From: Camelus ferus
Lineage: Eukaryota
Direction: 5' to 3'
Length of the DNA: 64,000 nucleotides
Assembly: GCF_009834535.1 (NCBI RefSeq)
Contig: NC_045697.1
Location: 90,336,001 to 90,400,000, forward strand
Of the stretch, positions 1 to 12,720 are shown one piece after another. The stretch's first letter is position 1. The number at the start of each line of letters is the position of its first letter. The position numbers were made by a program, and so were the translations under genes. Under the pieces are notes generated by a model that was not told where the DNA came from, did no database searches, and saw only the letters and a program-made list of their open reading frames with translations.

Positions 1-198
1 ACAGGAAGTAAGATGAATTCTTTGGTAACTAGTATCCACAACTCCACACCTCATATAGTTTTCTTCAACCATCCTTCTTTTACTTTTATGGCAAACCTAT
101 ACTCCCAGCATATCTGGATTTGAAGAATCTGAAAAAATACTGTCCCAAATCAATTGTTCAAGAGTTTGGGGAAAGTTCTTTTTAAAACTCATGTACAA

Positions 199-778
199 GC
201 ACTATTTACAATAGCCAAGACATGGAAACAATCTAAATATTCATGATGGATGACTGGATAAAACAGCTGTAGTATATTTATACAATAGAATACTATTTAG
301 CCATAAAAAATAATAAAATAATGCCATTTGCAGCAACTTGGATGGACCTGGGGATTGTCATACTAAGTGAAGTAAGCCAGAAAGACAAGGAAAAATAAAA
401 TATGGTATCACTTATATGAGGAATCTCAAAAAAGGACACAAATGAACTTATTTACAAACCAGAAACAGACTCACAGACATAGACAACAAACTTATATGGT
501 TACCAGTGGGGAAAGGGAAGGGTGGAAGGATAAAATGGGAGTTTGTGATTTGCAGATACTACTATACATAAAATAGATAAACAACAAGGTCCTACTGAAT
601 AGCACAGGAAACTATATTCAATACCTTGTAAAAGTGTATAATGAAAAAGAAAATAAAAAGGAATATATTATCTGTGTATATATATAGAGAGAGAACTGAA
701 CCACTATGTTGTACACCAGAAATTAACACACTGTAATTCGATTATACTTTAATTTTTAAATTTTTCAAAAAATAAAAT
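199..778 (+). mobile_element. 5'-truncated LINE-1 (ORF2 end + 3'UTR + A-rich tail), artiodactyl-type
   Basis: GCACTATTTACAATAGCCAAGACATGGAAACA matches the L1 ORF2 end. 15-bp TSD AAAACTCATG(T/C)ACAA at 184-198 and 779-793, at a TT|AAAA endonuclease site. Confidence 0.92.
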
Positions 779-1139
779 AAAACTCATGCACAATAACTAA
801 GTTAACTAGTGTCCTGATTTTTTATTTAAAGTCAGATACTTTTAGTGGTAAACTATTAAGAAATGTCACAAACTTTTGAAATTACACAATTGTTTTTTTC
901 ACCACTGGAGTCTGCTGCAAGTTTATATGGAAATAATAAAAAACTAAAAATCTTATCATCTGGCATGAAATTGATTATAGTTAGACAAAAGTTGGACAGC
1001 CTTAATATAACCAATCCAAAGGGGGAAAAAAAAACAACATTTTCAGTTCCTACTTCATGGTTTCCTATCCTGCCTATTCCTATAAACAACACCATGCTTC
1101 ATAATATATGGTTGAGTACATTAAAAATTCAAATTCTAT

Positions 1140-1980
1140 TCAAAGTAGAAGCCTATTAGAAATAATAAAGTTTAAGAAGATACAAGATCAGAAAAAAATA
1201 ACTAATTTTATTCCAAACAGCAACAAATAATTAAAAAATTTATTACCAAAATAGCTACTATATCAGAAGTAGTTTTGTCTGAAAGTACAGAAAATAAAAT
1301 TATAGTTACTTAAACAAAATGAAGGTTTATTTTTCCCACATGGCAAGAAACCTGGAGATAAGCAGTCACTTGATTCAGCTGCTCTACAATGTCAGTGAGA
1401 ACCTAAGGGCTTTTTCCATCCATCTAACTGCTATGTTCTTTATATTTAAGTTCTACCATTTCTTTTTCACAAAATACTTGAAATAGCTCTAAGCACCGAG
1501 ACTTCATACCTGCATCACAAGCAGAAAGAACAGGGAAAAGATATCATCAGTAACACACCCGTCTTTTGCCAGAAAAAAAGAAAGTTCCTAATGAGTACCC
1601 TTCATAAGACTTCCTAAGTGTCACTAGACAGAACTATGGCCACCTCAAGCTGCAGAGGAGGTTAAAAATTGCTACTATATTAGCCAATACACAATGTATG
1701 CACAGACTCTTCTTAAAAACTCATCAAAATATATATGGTACCTAGGAATAAAATTTAATAAAAGATATGCAAGAACCTAAAAGAGTAAATGATAACAATT
1801 TATTCAAAGACATAAACAGAGACTTAAATACATGGAAAGATATATTCAGGAGTGGAAAGAATCAACACTGTAAAAGTAGCAATTATCCCCTAGTTAACCT
1901 ATGAATCAATTCCTTGATGGAATTCCAATCAAGATCCCAATTTTTTATAGAAATTCAAAGCTTATCGTAAGTTTTACCAA
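1140..1980 (+). mobile_element. Old L1M ORF2 fragments (about 1140-1250 and 1715-1980) split by an LTR
   Basis: CCTAGGAATAAAATTTAATAAAAGATATGCAAGAAC, ATGGAAAGATATA and ATTCCAATCAAGATCCCA resemble degenerate L1 ORF2. Confidence 0.6.
1258..1690 (-). mobile_element. MLT1-type (ERVL-MaLR) solo LTR
   Basis: TTACTTAAACAAAATGAAGGTTTATTTTTCCCACAT and ATGGCCACCTCAAGCTGCAGAGGAGG resemble old MLT1 LTRs in reverse orientation. Confidence 0.55.
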
Positions 1981-2696
1981 CTTTAATTATATCTGGTCAT
2001 ATCTAGAGATGGATAAAGGCGGAAAGGGGAGAAAAATGTGTGTTTACCTGTATCCATACTATTTCATTTCTCTAAAAAGATAACTACTTTGAACATGTAT
2101 CATAAGTAAGAAGTAAATTTGTGTTAAGCTATGTGATTTAGGAGTTCTCTGTTAATTCAGCATAACTAATTCATCTGACTTACATAGAGAGAAGGATAAA
2201 CAATACAGGTAAGTAAATTATGAACTGAAATTAAAATGGAAAAGAAAGTACAGCCCAACTTCTGTATGAAACAAATATGAATGCACCTATAAAATGGAAA
2301 ACAAAGTACCAAGTAAGCACATCATACATTAAACTTTACCCAAATATTCACATTTTTACGTTACTCTAATCTTCACTAAAATGAAATTTCTGCTATTAAA
2401 TGTTTAACCCTGATGAAAGGCAACATGCAATCACCAAATGAGGTTAGAAACACTCATGACTAATAAGTCAGGAATATAAGATCTTACTGGAAGCAAGATG
2501 GACACAGTAAGCAGGACCCAGTGCAGCACAGAAAAATCCAAAGTTCATCTTCCCTTGGGGTGGGCTGAGTAATAGCAACAACAGATACAGTATGTGCACT
2601 GATTCTGAGAAACTGGGTGCTTGCTAAGACATCACTTTCACCACCCCAAGAAAACCTACACTAACCATCCCTTTACTCCTATTTGTCCTCCCCTAC

Positions 2697-2778
2697 AAAT
2701 AAATGAGTGAGTAAGTAAGTAAGTAAGTAAAGTAAGTAAGTAAATAAATAAATAAGCAATCAAGCAAGCTAGCTAGCT
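2697..2778. repeat. Compound tetranucleotide microsatellite (AAAT/GAGT/AAGT/AAAT/AAGC/TAGC)
   Basis: 4-bp periodicity seen directly. Confidence 0.9.
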
Positions 2779-3364
2779 CTTTTGATTCTTGTATTAAACA
2801 TCATCAGCAAGACCATATCCACATCTAGGGAAGAAAGCAGAATCAGTTCCCAGGAGGTTCTTGAACAACATCTCTGCCTCTTGCTTTCCAATAATACCCA
2901 TTTATCCATATTCTATCTACTAACTCAGAACCTTAAATGAGTGGCTTTGATGTAAATTTAGTCTAAGGACAAAAATAAATCCATTTTTCTCACATTATCT
3001 TTGAGATGATCTTTTAAGTTTTAGGTGATGTAGTCGACTAGGGAAACTGAAAAGAGAAATGAACTAAGTATGAAAAAGCCCTATGACACAAAGTAAGTAA
3101 ATCAAAAGCAAAGACTGGGATAGAATCAGATCACAAGTCACCTGAAAGAGTACAGAGAAGCAAAGAGGCAAGCACAGGGAGAAAAGGTCCCAGCAGTAGA
3201 TGAGCCCTGGCAAAGGAGCAAAGAAACACATGGGACAGTTCTGTATGACTGCACTGCTTGACAAATCCTGTAATACATTTGTACTTGGTAGTAATCAAAT
3301 CACTGAACATGTAAGCAACAATTAGTTCATTCCTCTCTGTCTAACATAATGATGCAAAAAGAAA

Positions 3365-3830
3365 TATACATATTGTGGATGAGGGTGCAGAAGATGGACA
3401 CTCTCATATACTATAAATAAGAGCATTCATTGGTATAATCACTTTTGGGTTATGGACCAAATTTAAAATCTTATACATTCTCACCTTAAAATTCTACTTA
3501 TATGAGTTTATTTTTGGAAATAACAGCACAGATTACAAAATAATTTACAAAGAAAAAAATTATATACAGCCTTAACCAGCCAACAAGATGACATATTAAA
3601 TCATGAAACATCCATACAGTACAATTTCTGAAATGACTGAAAATACGTAATAGAAGACTACTGAAGAATGAAAATATATCCATGATATTTTTATTAAGAA
3701 AGGCAGGTTATAAAATAGCATATATAGTATAATCCCAATTTTGTAAAATGTACACACATACATGTTCATACCCAAACATGTGAGCACACATCCATAATAA
3801 CTGAATAATACACCCTTTTGCAAAAGTCAC
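3365..3830 (+). mobile_element. Ancient L1ME-type 3' fragment
   Basis: GGACACTCTCATATACT..TGGTATAATCACTTTTGG..CATCCATACAGT..TATAGTATAATCCCAATTTTGTAAAA pattern of L1ME ORF2 end/3'UTR. Confidence 0.55.
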
Positions 3831-5689
3831 CTACCTCTGGATCATAGGCATCTTGGCAATTTCATTTGGCCTTTTCTTCAGAGTAGAACATAGCAAGGTT
3901 CCTAAGGAACATGCTAAATAAAAAAGTTCTATGTCACTGGTTTGTGTTTGCTGAGTGAACTAGTCTAGCTGAAAGGAAGAGTTGCAATGCTTAGGGCAAC
4001 AGAGGACATCCCACTGGAACGGTTTGGGCTGTAGCTTGTGAAGGAAGAAAGAGAGATAGGGCAGATAGCAAGAGAAACAAGGGAGAGAGAACAAAGATGA
4101 TAGAGTATTTTAAGAAGTTCTGCATTGTGGTCTGTGACTAAACTGCTCTTCTGTCATATCATGAGAATTTCAGTAAATGCTGCAGCACTTGACAATACTT
4201 CTAGAGTGGGCTTTATGGTAGGCTTTGAGGAAAATGTTGCTTATTGGATTTATTGACTTGTTTTGATTGAGGTTTTTAGAGATGTGACAAAATGCTAAAC
4301 AGGAAAGTCCACTGGTATTGGTGATGCCCAACAACAGATACCAGGAACTAAATCACTAGGAGAGTCAGGTTCAAGGTAAGAAATTCAACTCACTTCGGCA
4401 TAAGGACAGAACTTCCACACTACAGAACTGCAGTACTAATCAGGAGCCCACTCTCTGGGGTGTACAGAAAACACAACAGGCCAAATATTTTAGGGTGGGA
4501 TTTTACAAAGAAAACCAAATCATTTGGGCACAGAAGTACCTAAAACAGAGAACAACATTTATAAGAACATTAGCCAATTAGTTATTTGAATAGCTCTTAT
4601 TAAACTCCTCTGAGTAATACAAAGACTATATCTAGAATGTAAATTAGCACTAAGCCTAAAATTGAAGGAGGGTGTTGTAGTAGCAGATTTAGAAAAACAT
4701 GAGTTTTGGAAGCCAGGCAAACAATTACACTTCTCATTTATCATGAATTTCTAAAGCCAAAAAACTTTGTTCAAAAGTCAGTCCTTTCAAAAATAAACTT
4801 TGGTATTAAAAATAAGTAAATTGCCAATTATTTCAACATTCTGAAGTGCTCCTGCATTTTAATACTAACCAGAAGAGCATTTCTATCTGTAAAAGTAATA
4901 AGACTTTACTTTGTGCCCCACCCCCATCAATACAGACATCTGAAATAAAGGACTTGGGGAGGTAACCTGAGCTTCATAAAGACTCAAGATATGACTGCAG
5001 ACATTACAAGAACTTTCCTACTGAAAAAGAGAAAAAGTAAAGATTGGTTTTGCTATTAGAGGTAACACTTCACCAATAATCTTACCCTTGTTTTATCTAA
5101 AGAGTTCACCAAAGAAAACATGGAAAAAAGAAAAATACTCAGTGTCTTGTTGACATTAATTCAAAAGACACTTATGTCCCACATTCTGCAACTTCCAGTT
5201 TGAGCCTTGATTTCCTGGGTAATCTACAACTGAGAAAATGCATCTAAACCTACTACAATGACATTTCAGTTGGATGTCATTATGCCTGAGCATTAAAAGA
5301 GAATAAAGAAGTTCATAAGTCTTAAATTTTCCCATATTTAAATGACAGTATGGCCCTTTGCATGTGATAGTGTAATAAAATACATGCTCTATATTCTGCA
5401 ACAGCATCTATAAGACATACTACTTGCAAGTGTAAACTGCAAGATTAGGAGTTAAACCCTAAATTCATCAAGATCTTAGCCTGACAATGAAAAATTGACA
5501 GTGATCAAGAGGCATGAAAGAGAAACTAAGATGACAGTGAAGACTCTAGAATAATGCTTAAGAAAGTGATTTACACTGGCACTGGCCAAAAAGGTCACCA
5601 TGTTGCTATACAGATGCATCTACGATGTAATTCACTTTGTGAAGTCATAGATAAGCTCCATATTACCCAAAGGGGGAATTGTACAGCTG

Positions 5690-5782
5690 AAGAGAGAAGG
5701 AACTCGGTATTACTCATCACTGTAAACCCAATCCTGACACCAAGGAAGTGTTCAATAAATGTACTGAGGAAATTAATTAATG
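5690..5782 (+). mobile_element. L2 3' end
   Basis: GGAAGTGTTCAATAAATGTACTGAGGAAATTAATTAATG resembles the L2 terminus. Confidence 0.45.
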
Positions 5783-6069
5783 CAAAAATGAACAGGTCAG
5801 GCTCTGAGCAGATATTGAGTAAAATGTAAAAGGGAACAATATGAATAGGAAGCCTATCCTGCAACGTACTTGAAGGGTACTTGTTTAGACATCAAAACCC
5901 TCTCTAACAGAAAAGTACATCCCTCTGCCCAGAAGCCCCAGCAGCATACACCTTGAGTACTTCGGTCCTGGTTTAGATTCCAGAAGAGCAATGGCTCTTA
6001 TGTGGCCTAAGCTGGACACTGGCAGGAGAATGGGTGAAGCTAGAATCCACTCAAGAGAACATGAGAACA

Positions 6070-6310
6070 GTAAGAGTAGCTACCACTTATTACATGTTTA
6101 CCATGTGACAGGTACCGTACTAACCACTTTCCAGGCTTTACTTACTCCTCACAAAATACTTTGAGATGAGTATTATTATTCTCATTTTACAGATGAGGAA
6201 ACTAAAAGCCACAGAGTTAAAGCTGCTTATCCAATGTCACATAACTAATAAAAAAAAATGAATCTAGGATTTGAAAATGGCCTGTCTAATCACAAAGATA
6301 TTTCTATCAC
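6070..6310 (-). mobile_element. MIR SINE
   Basis: Core ATTATTATTCTCATTTTACAGATGAGGAAACT plus downstream CCAATGTCACATAACTA. Confidence 0.85.
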
Positions 6311-7574
6311 AACACCATCTGGAATGATAGAGTAGCTCCTAGTTTTTGGAGTTTCCAAGAGTCTAATTAAATTCAATCCCTTCAAGTTTATCCTAACCCT
6401 CAAAACCAGTTTGGTATAGCAGAGTCACGATGACCACCCTGGAACAGAATTCCCTGTGACACTTCCAGACTTTTTTAACAAACACATTTCACTATGCATG
6501 AGATGTCCTTTATAGCTAATTGACATCTTTGTAATCTGGAGAGAAACTGAATAGGAGAAAAGAAAAAAAAAAAGGTGTGAGGAAAAGGGGGAGTAGGTAG
6601 GGAGAGGAATTAAGAAAAATAACAAAAAGGCAAGGGTACAAAGGGAAAGGGAAAAACAGAGGCCGAGACAGACACCAGATTATTATTTGAAAGCTGTTAC
6701 TATGCTAAGTGAAACCTGGGACTCCAGGGTCTTTGAGAAGTAAGTGTGAAGAAATGAGAGACTTCTGCCAATAGACCCAATAAAAATAAGCAGCTACAAC
6801 AGTGCAGCCCATTGTTTAAATCTTCTTTAGCCTACTTACTAAATTTAAACACAACAGCCAGTTTCAAAAATTCTTTAAACTGTTTTATTTGGGGTTTTTT
6901 TAATGCAGGTTGAAGTTGGAACTTTCTCTGTTCCTTTTCTCCATCTTTCAAATAAGTTCTAATAACAGATTTTCTCAGATCCCTGCATCACCAAGACTCA
7001 CATTGCATACACATATCCAACTATGTTTCTAAGGATCTTTGGACTATTTTTTTCTGGTGATCTCTTTATGGTTTTATTTTGCCCTGTCATTACTACTTTT
7101 ACCTGAAGAAAGCTGGATTTAAGTAGTTCATCTAGTGGTACTCATGTTTTTTCCAGTAAAATTAAACAACTATGCTATGAACTCCAAAACCAAGGCTTCG
7201 GCATCACATTAGTTTGATGCAGTTTCACTTTTTACCTTCAAATTACTTTAATCAACCGTTTCCCTCTCCAGCTCGTAACAAGCGGTTAGTCATGTCAGCA
7301 ACACTACCCTGGTGCCCTACTGGATTTCCTCACCACTTATCCTCTGCCACAACCACTGTCACATTGTGCAGCATTAAAGTTGTATGTACCATTCACTAGG
7401 TGCCAGGCACCAGGCAAGGCCATTCCACAATCATGGACAAACTCCATAATCTTTCTCCTCTGATGTATCCAGGCTAAAGAGTATTTTCTGAAAGAGTTCA
7501 GAAACTAGGTCAATTTTTTCCACCATATAGTCATACTACTCAATCTGAGCTGGACTCTTAAGTTTGTTCAGAAA

Positions 7575-7755
7575 TTCATCCTCTCATCAGTATGTATAAA
7601 TATCTGTTCAGCCTCTCCACATGCCAAGCCCAATTCTAGGCACTGGAAATATGATGACTAAATCAATCAGACACAACCCCCAACATCATGAGGTTTACAA
7701 TTTCTAAGAAAGACAAAAGTATAATATCAACTAATGGTAAATGTCATAAAGAAGC
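7575..7755 (-). mobile_element. L2 3' fragment
   Basis: ATGCCAAGCCCAATTCTAGGCACTGGAAATATGATGACTAAA..CATCATGAGGTTTACAATTTCTA is the reverse L2 3' pattern. Confidence 0.6.
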
Positions 7756-7964
7756 AGAGATCCATCTAAATTTGGTTCCCCAACACATTTCCTTTAGCGG
7801 ATCTTCCAATTCCTTTTCACTTTTCTCATATCTGCAGTCCTAGGTACACTCCCTTAAATCTCTGTAGATTACCTTTCCTTCAATTGTATAGATGAAATAG
7901 AGGCTAGACATCATTTATACTCTTGGCTCCTCTACAGCTCAAAATATCTCTGTACCTTCACTGC

Positions 7965-8455
7965 TATATCAGGGAAAATGCTGTTAGTTGCAAGTTAAAA
8001 TAAATCCAACTCAAGCTGGTTTATACAATAAAAGGAATTCATTGATTTATGTAACTGAAAATTCTAGAAGTAACCAGGCTTTGGGCACATGGTAAAAGAT
8101 TCAGTTCTTGTGATCTCTATTCTGCCCTTTTCCATATTTAAACTTCATCTCAAACTGCCTACCCCTAAATGAAAGATAGCTGCCAGGAGGGGGCTTCCTC
8201 ATTCACATCCTGGGAGTTAGAGTGAGTCACTTTTAAAGCATCATAAAAATCCTAAACTCTGGCTAAACTATCACTGAAACAATTACCAGGAAATGCCTTG
8301 GGGAAGATTGGATTGAGTACGAGTTTATCAGAGGAGCAAAGCAGGGAGGATTACACTGATTTGCTTAGGCCAGTCAGGAACAACCTCAAAGGTGGGGTCA
8401 AGTCCACTAACCTACATGGTTAGGGCATGGTGGCATGAATAACGAGACCACCACA
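7965..8455 (-). mobile_element. MLT1-type (MaLR) solo LTR
   Basis: TTAGTTGCAAGTTAAAATAAATCCAACTCAAGCTGGTTTATACAATAAAAGGAATTCATTGATTTATGTAACTGAAAA resembles MLT1J/K/L. Confidence 0.65.
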
Positions 8456-8719
8456 TGTTCCTTAATTTATTCTTTCCTCCACTGTATGTTCCTGAAGCAG
8501 TAGTGTACTTCCTCCTTAAGACAATTTGAATTTTGGAATGACCACTGTTCTAAAAAATTACACAAAATAAATCTGAAATAAAGATATACATAAGAGTAAT
8601 TCAGATAAATGTTTAAATTGCTGCTATATTTAATTGTGTAGCCAAATTACTTTTCTACTGCCTACTTTGATTAGCTGATGAGTCCTATACAGTTTTTTCA
8701 GGTGTATTTATTCTGCATA

Positions 8720-9180
8720 TGCTGCATCTCTTACCGTATCTGTATCCAATGACTGTTAAAATAACACTAACTCAAGAAAGGCAAAGTAACCAAGGCATTA
8801 GAGATCAAGATCTAGGTCACCCTACCAGGAAAAAAACACAGACTAGCTAATGTTTTGGACAAAAGAAAGGGAAATTTAAACTGGATAGTGGAGGAGAGAC
8901 ATTCTGAGTATCAATTATGTCCTTGAGACCAGCTTCAGTAGCAAGAACTACAAAGCTTGTTTCACTAATCATATTGACTCAAGACTTTTACATGATAACA
9001 AGTGGCCTTTGCTTTGACGAAGACACTAAAGTGATTGAAACTGTATCTTTCCTTATAAAGGATAAATAAAAACATCATGTTCTCCCAAAAATGGAGGCCC
9101 TATATTACACTGTGGGAGCTAACTATCATGGGAGAATACATGTAGATCTATATCAGATAAAATTTATAGACAATCTCAGG
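8720..9180 (+). mobile_element. ERVL/HERV16-like internal region, 3' end remnant
   Basis: TCTAGGTCACCCTACCAGGAAAAAAAC..AAAGGGAAATTTAAACTGGATAGTGGAGGAGAGAC..TATCAATTATGTCCTTGAGACCAGCT resembles the ERVL 3' internal segment. Confidence 0.55.
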
Positions 9181-11395
9181 TAAGCCAAGCTCCCAGGACT
9201 TGAGATGCTTGCTCAATTAGGTTTTCTTATACTTCCAACAAGCTCTGTTATTAAAAAAATAAGTAAGGAATATGAAATTTTTTAAAGTTGCCCCATTTAA
9301 CATTTAGCATCTATCTTTCACATGACATAACAGTAATAAAGGAATCAGAACAAAATAACTAGTTAATTAGACTTAACTCTAATATTATCATGCACACATT
9401 AAATCATTCTTCATTATTATGAGAAATTTTGGGATATTTTACTGACTCTGATCATCATCTATGAACATCTACAAATAATAAACATCACCTATCAAGGTGT
9501 TAGCAAAGCATATGAGTAACAATTAAACTAACAGTAACTTACAGGGATTGAGTATTGGATGTCAGAAATTTTCATGAATAAGCTTTTTCTTTTTTACTTC
9601 AAGAGAACACAGTGAGAGACTATACACATACATTCCCTCAAAATGAAGCTGATTTCTTTCCCAGAAACAAAAAATATCTCAAGCATAATGGCCCACTGGG
9701 GTCCAATGCAGTAGAAGAAATGCACTGATAGACACAGAACATAACATATTTGTTCCCATTCAAGCTATTTGCTACTAGGCAGGTACAAATTCAATACACT
9801 TTTACAGTTTCCCATCACTACTAAAAGAACATTTATCTTTTCTGTCTTTACCAGGTCTAGCTATAAGCTTCCTATGTGGCTACTCTACAGTTTCTTAAAC
9901 TCAAGTAGTAGAACTGTATGTTTATCTGTAAAATGTTACCGTGGAATCAGAAAATGTATAATGATTACTTTTGGTGATTTATTCATCAGGGTAAATTTTT
10001 CATTATTACACTTAATCTTATTTTCAAAACTAGTTGCATAAAACTAAAGTTATTTTTACCTTCAATCTATTTGAAGCACTGTGCTATCCTCTATGCATAG
10101 TTTTTACTTTTATCTTAAAGAGAGCAGCACTTTTTGAGAGGGGAATCAAGATGGCAGAGCAGGAAGATATGGAGTTCACCTCTCCCCATGAACACATCAA
10201 AAAAAATTTACATGTAGAACAACTCTCATGGAAAACTAACTGGAAATCAACAGAACTCCTACACAACCAAAGCTTCAAGAAAGATCTCTACAAAACTTAA
10301 CAGGATGGGAACAAAGGGCATCAGATAGAGACGGATTCCCCTAAGAGGGATCTGTAAGGAAGAAAAGGTCAAAATGAATGGATTCTTGCCCTGGGAAGTG
10401 CTGCAAGTGTACCCACAATCTGAGCATCCCAGTCCTGGGGTCCTGCATTCAGGAGACAAGCCCCCTTACCTGCCAGGAAATCCACTGAGACAAATAGAAG
10501 GGCTGGGTAAGTCTAGCCTTTATTCACAAGGAGTGCACATGTCCTGGTTTGCTAACAATTAGGAAGCAGAACCTTGCCTTGGTGACTATCGCCTTGCTAC
10601 ACTTCCCAACCCAAAGAGGCAAATGCCCCATCTCTGCTCACTCCACTCCACAGCCTGGCACACAATCAGGGCAAAGATCTCGTCTAGCCATTTATAACAA
10701 ACCCATAGCCAACATAATACTCAATGATGAAAAGCTGAAAGCCTTCCCACTAAATTCAGGAACAAGACAAGGATGCCCATTTCACTGCTTCTATTCAACA
10801 GAGTATTCGAAGTCCTAGTCAAAGCAATCAGACAAGAAAAAGAAATAAAAGGTATCCAAATTGGAAGGAAAGAGGTATAACTGTCACTATTTGCAGATGG
10901 CATGATTCTCTTTATTGAGAACCCTAAAGTCTCCACATAAAAACTATTAGAACTAGTAATAGAATTCAGCAAAGGCTCAGCAGGAAACAAGATTAATATA
11001 CTAAAATCTGTTGCATTTCTTTACACTACTAATGAAATACCAGAATAAGAAAGTTAAAAAAAAATTTTAAATCACCATAAAAGAAAAAAAAACAAAACTA
11101 AGAATAAACTTAACTAAGGAAGTGAAAGTCCTATATGCTGAAAACTATAAATCACTGATAAAGGAAATCAAACGTTGTTCAAAGAAATGGAAAGATATCC
11201 CATGTTCTTGAATTGGAAGAATTAATACTGTTAAAATGGCCATACTACCCAAAGCAATCTACAGATATAATGCAATCCCTATCAAAATACCCATATTATT
11301 TTTCACAGAACTAGAACAAATAACCCTGAAATTTACATGGAACCACAAAAAATCTAAAATTGTCAAAGCAATCCTGAAAGAAAAGAACAAAGCTG

Positions 11396-11559
11396 CACAG
11401 GGAACTATATTCATTATCTTATAGTAACTTATGGTGGAAAAGAATATGAAAATGAATATATGTATGCTCATGTATGACTGAAGTATTACACCATACAGCA
11501 GAAATTGACACAACATTGTAAACTGAGTATACTTTAATAAAAATATATAAAAACATTTT
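11396..11559 (+). mobile_element. Short younger L1 3'-end insertion nested in ORF2 of the host L1
   Basis: CACAGGGAACTATATTC..GAAATTGACACAACATTGTAAACTG..AATAAAAA, flanked by AAAGCTG on both sides. Host ORF2 resumes at about 11572. Confidence 0.88.
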
Positions 11560-12633
11560 AAAAAAAAGCTGATGTATAACTCTTCCAGACTTCACAGTAT
11601 ACTACATAGCTACAATAATCAAAACAGCATGGCACTGGCACAAAGACAAATAGATCAATGGAACAGAATAGAGAGCTCAAAAATAAAATCACACACCTAC
11701 GATCAATTAATCTATAGCAAAGGAGGCAAGAATATACAATGGAGAAAAGACAGTCTCTCCAACAAGTGGTGTTGGGAAAGCTGGACAACTGCATGTAAAT
11801 CAATGAAATCATAACACTCCCTCACAGCATACACAAAAATAAACTCAAAATGGTTTAAAAATCTAAATTTAAGACATGACACCATAAAACTCCTAAAGAG
11901 AACACAAACCATTCTTTGACATAAGTTGCAGCAGTATTTTCTTAGATCAGTTTCCCAAGGCAAAAGAAATAAGAGCAAAAATAAATAAATGGGACCTAAT
12001 CAAGCTTAAAACGTCTGCATAGCAAAGGAAACCATAACCAAAACAAAAAGACAAACTACAGAATGGGAGAAAATACTTTCAAATGATGCGACCTACAAGG
12101 GGTTAATACCCAAAATATACAAACAGCTCATACAACTCAATATTGAAAAAACCCAATCAAAAAATGGGCAGAAGACTTGAATAGGCATTTTTCCAAAGGA
12201 GAAATACAGATGGCCAATAGTCATGTGAAAACATGCTCAACATCGCTAGTTAATAGAGAAATGCAAATCAAAACCATAATGAGGTACCAACTTACGCCAG
12301 ACGGAATATCTATCACCAAAAAGTCTACAAGTAATAAATGCTGGAGAGAGTGTGGAGAAAAGGGAACCCTCCTACACTGTTGGTGGGAATGTAAACTGGT
12401 GCAGTCACTATGGAAAACAGCATGGAAGTTCCTTAAAAAACTAAAAACAGAACTACCATATGATCCAGCATTCCCACTCCTGGTTATATATCTGGAAAAA
12501 ATGAAAATTCTAATTGGAAAAGATACATGCACCCCAATGTTCACAGCAGCACCATTTACAATAGCCAAGACATGGAAACAAGCCAAATGCCCATCAACAC
12601 GTGACTGGACTGAGAAGATAATTGGAGACAGCT

Positions 12634-12720
12634 AGATAGATAGACAGATATACATATATATATATACACACATACACATGCACACACACACATATATACA
12701 TATACATATACATATACATA
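12634..12720. repeat. (GATA)/(TA)/(CA)/(TACATA) compound microsatellite inside L1
   Basis: Seen directly. Confidence 0.9.

Noticed and set aside
8735..8752. 18-nt minus-strand microexon (ttttaacag|TCATTGGATACAGATACG|gtaaga)
   Set aside because: Frame-preserving with plausible sites, but it appears to lie within the ERVL remnant and has a weak pyrimidine tract; probably chance.
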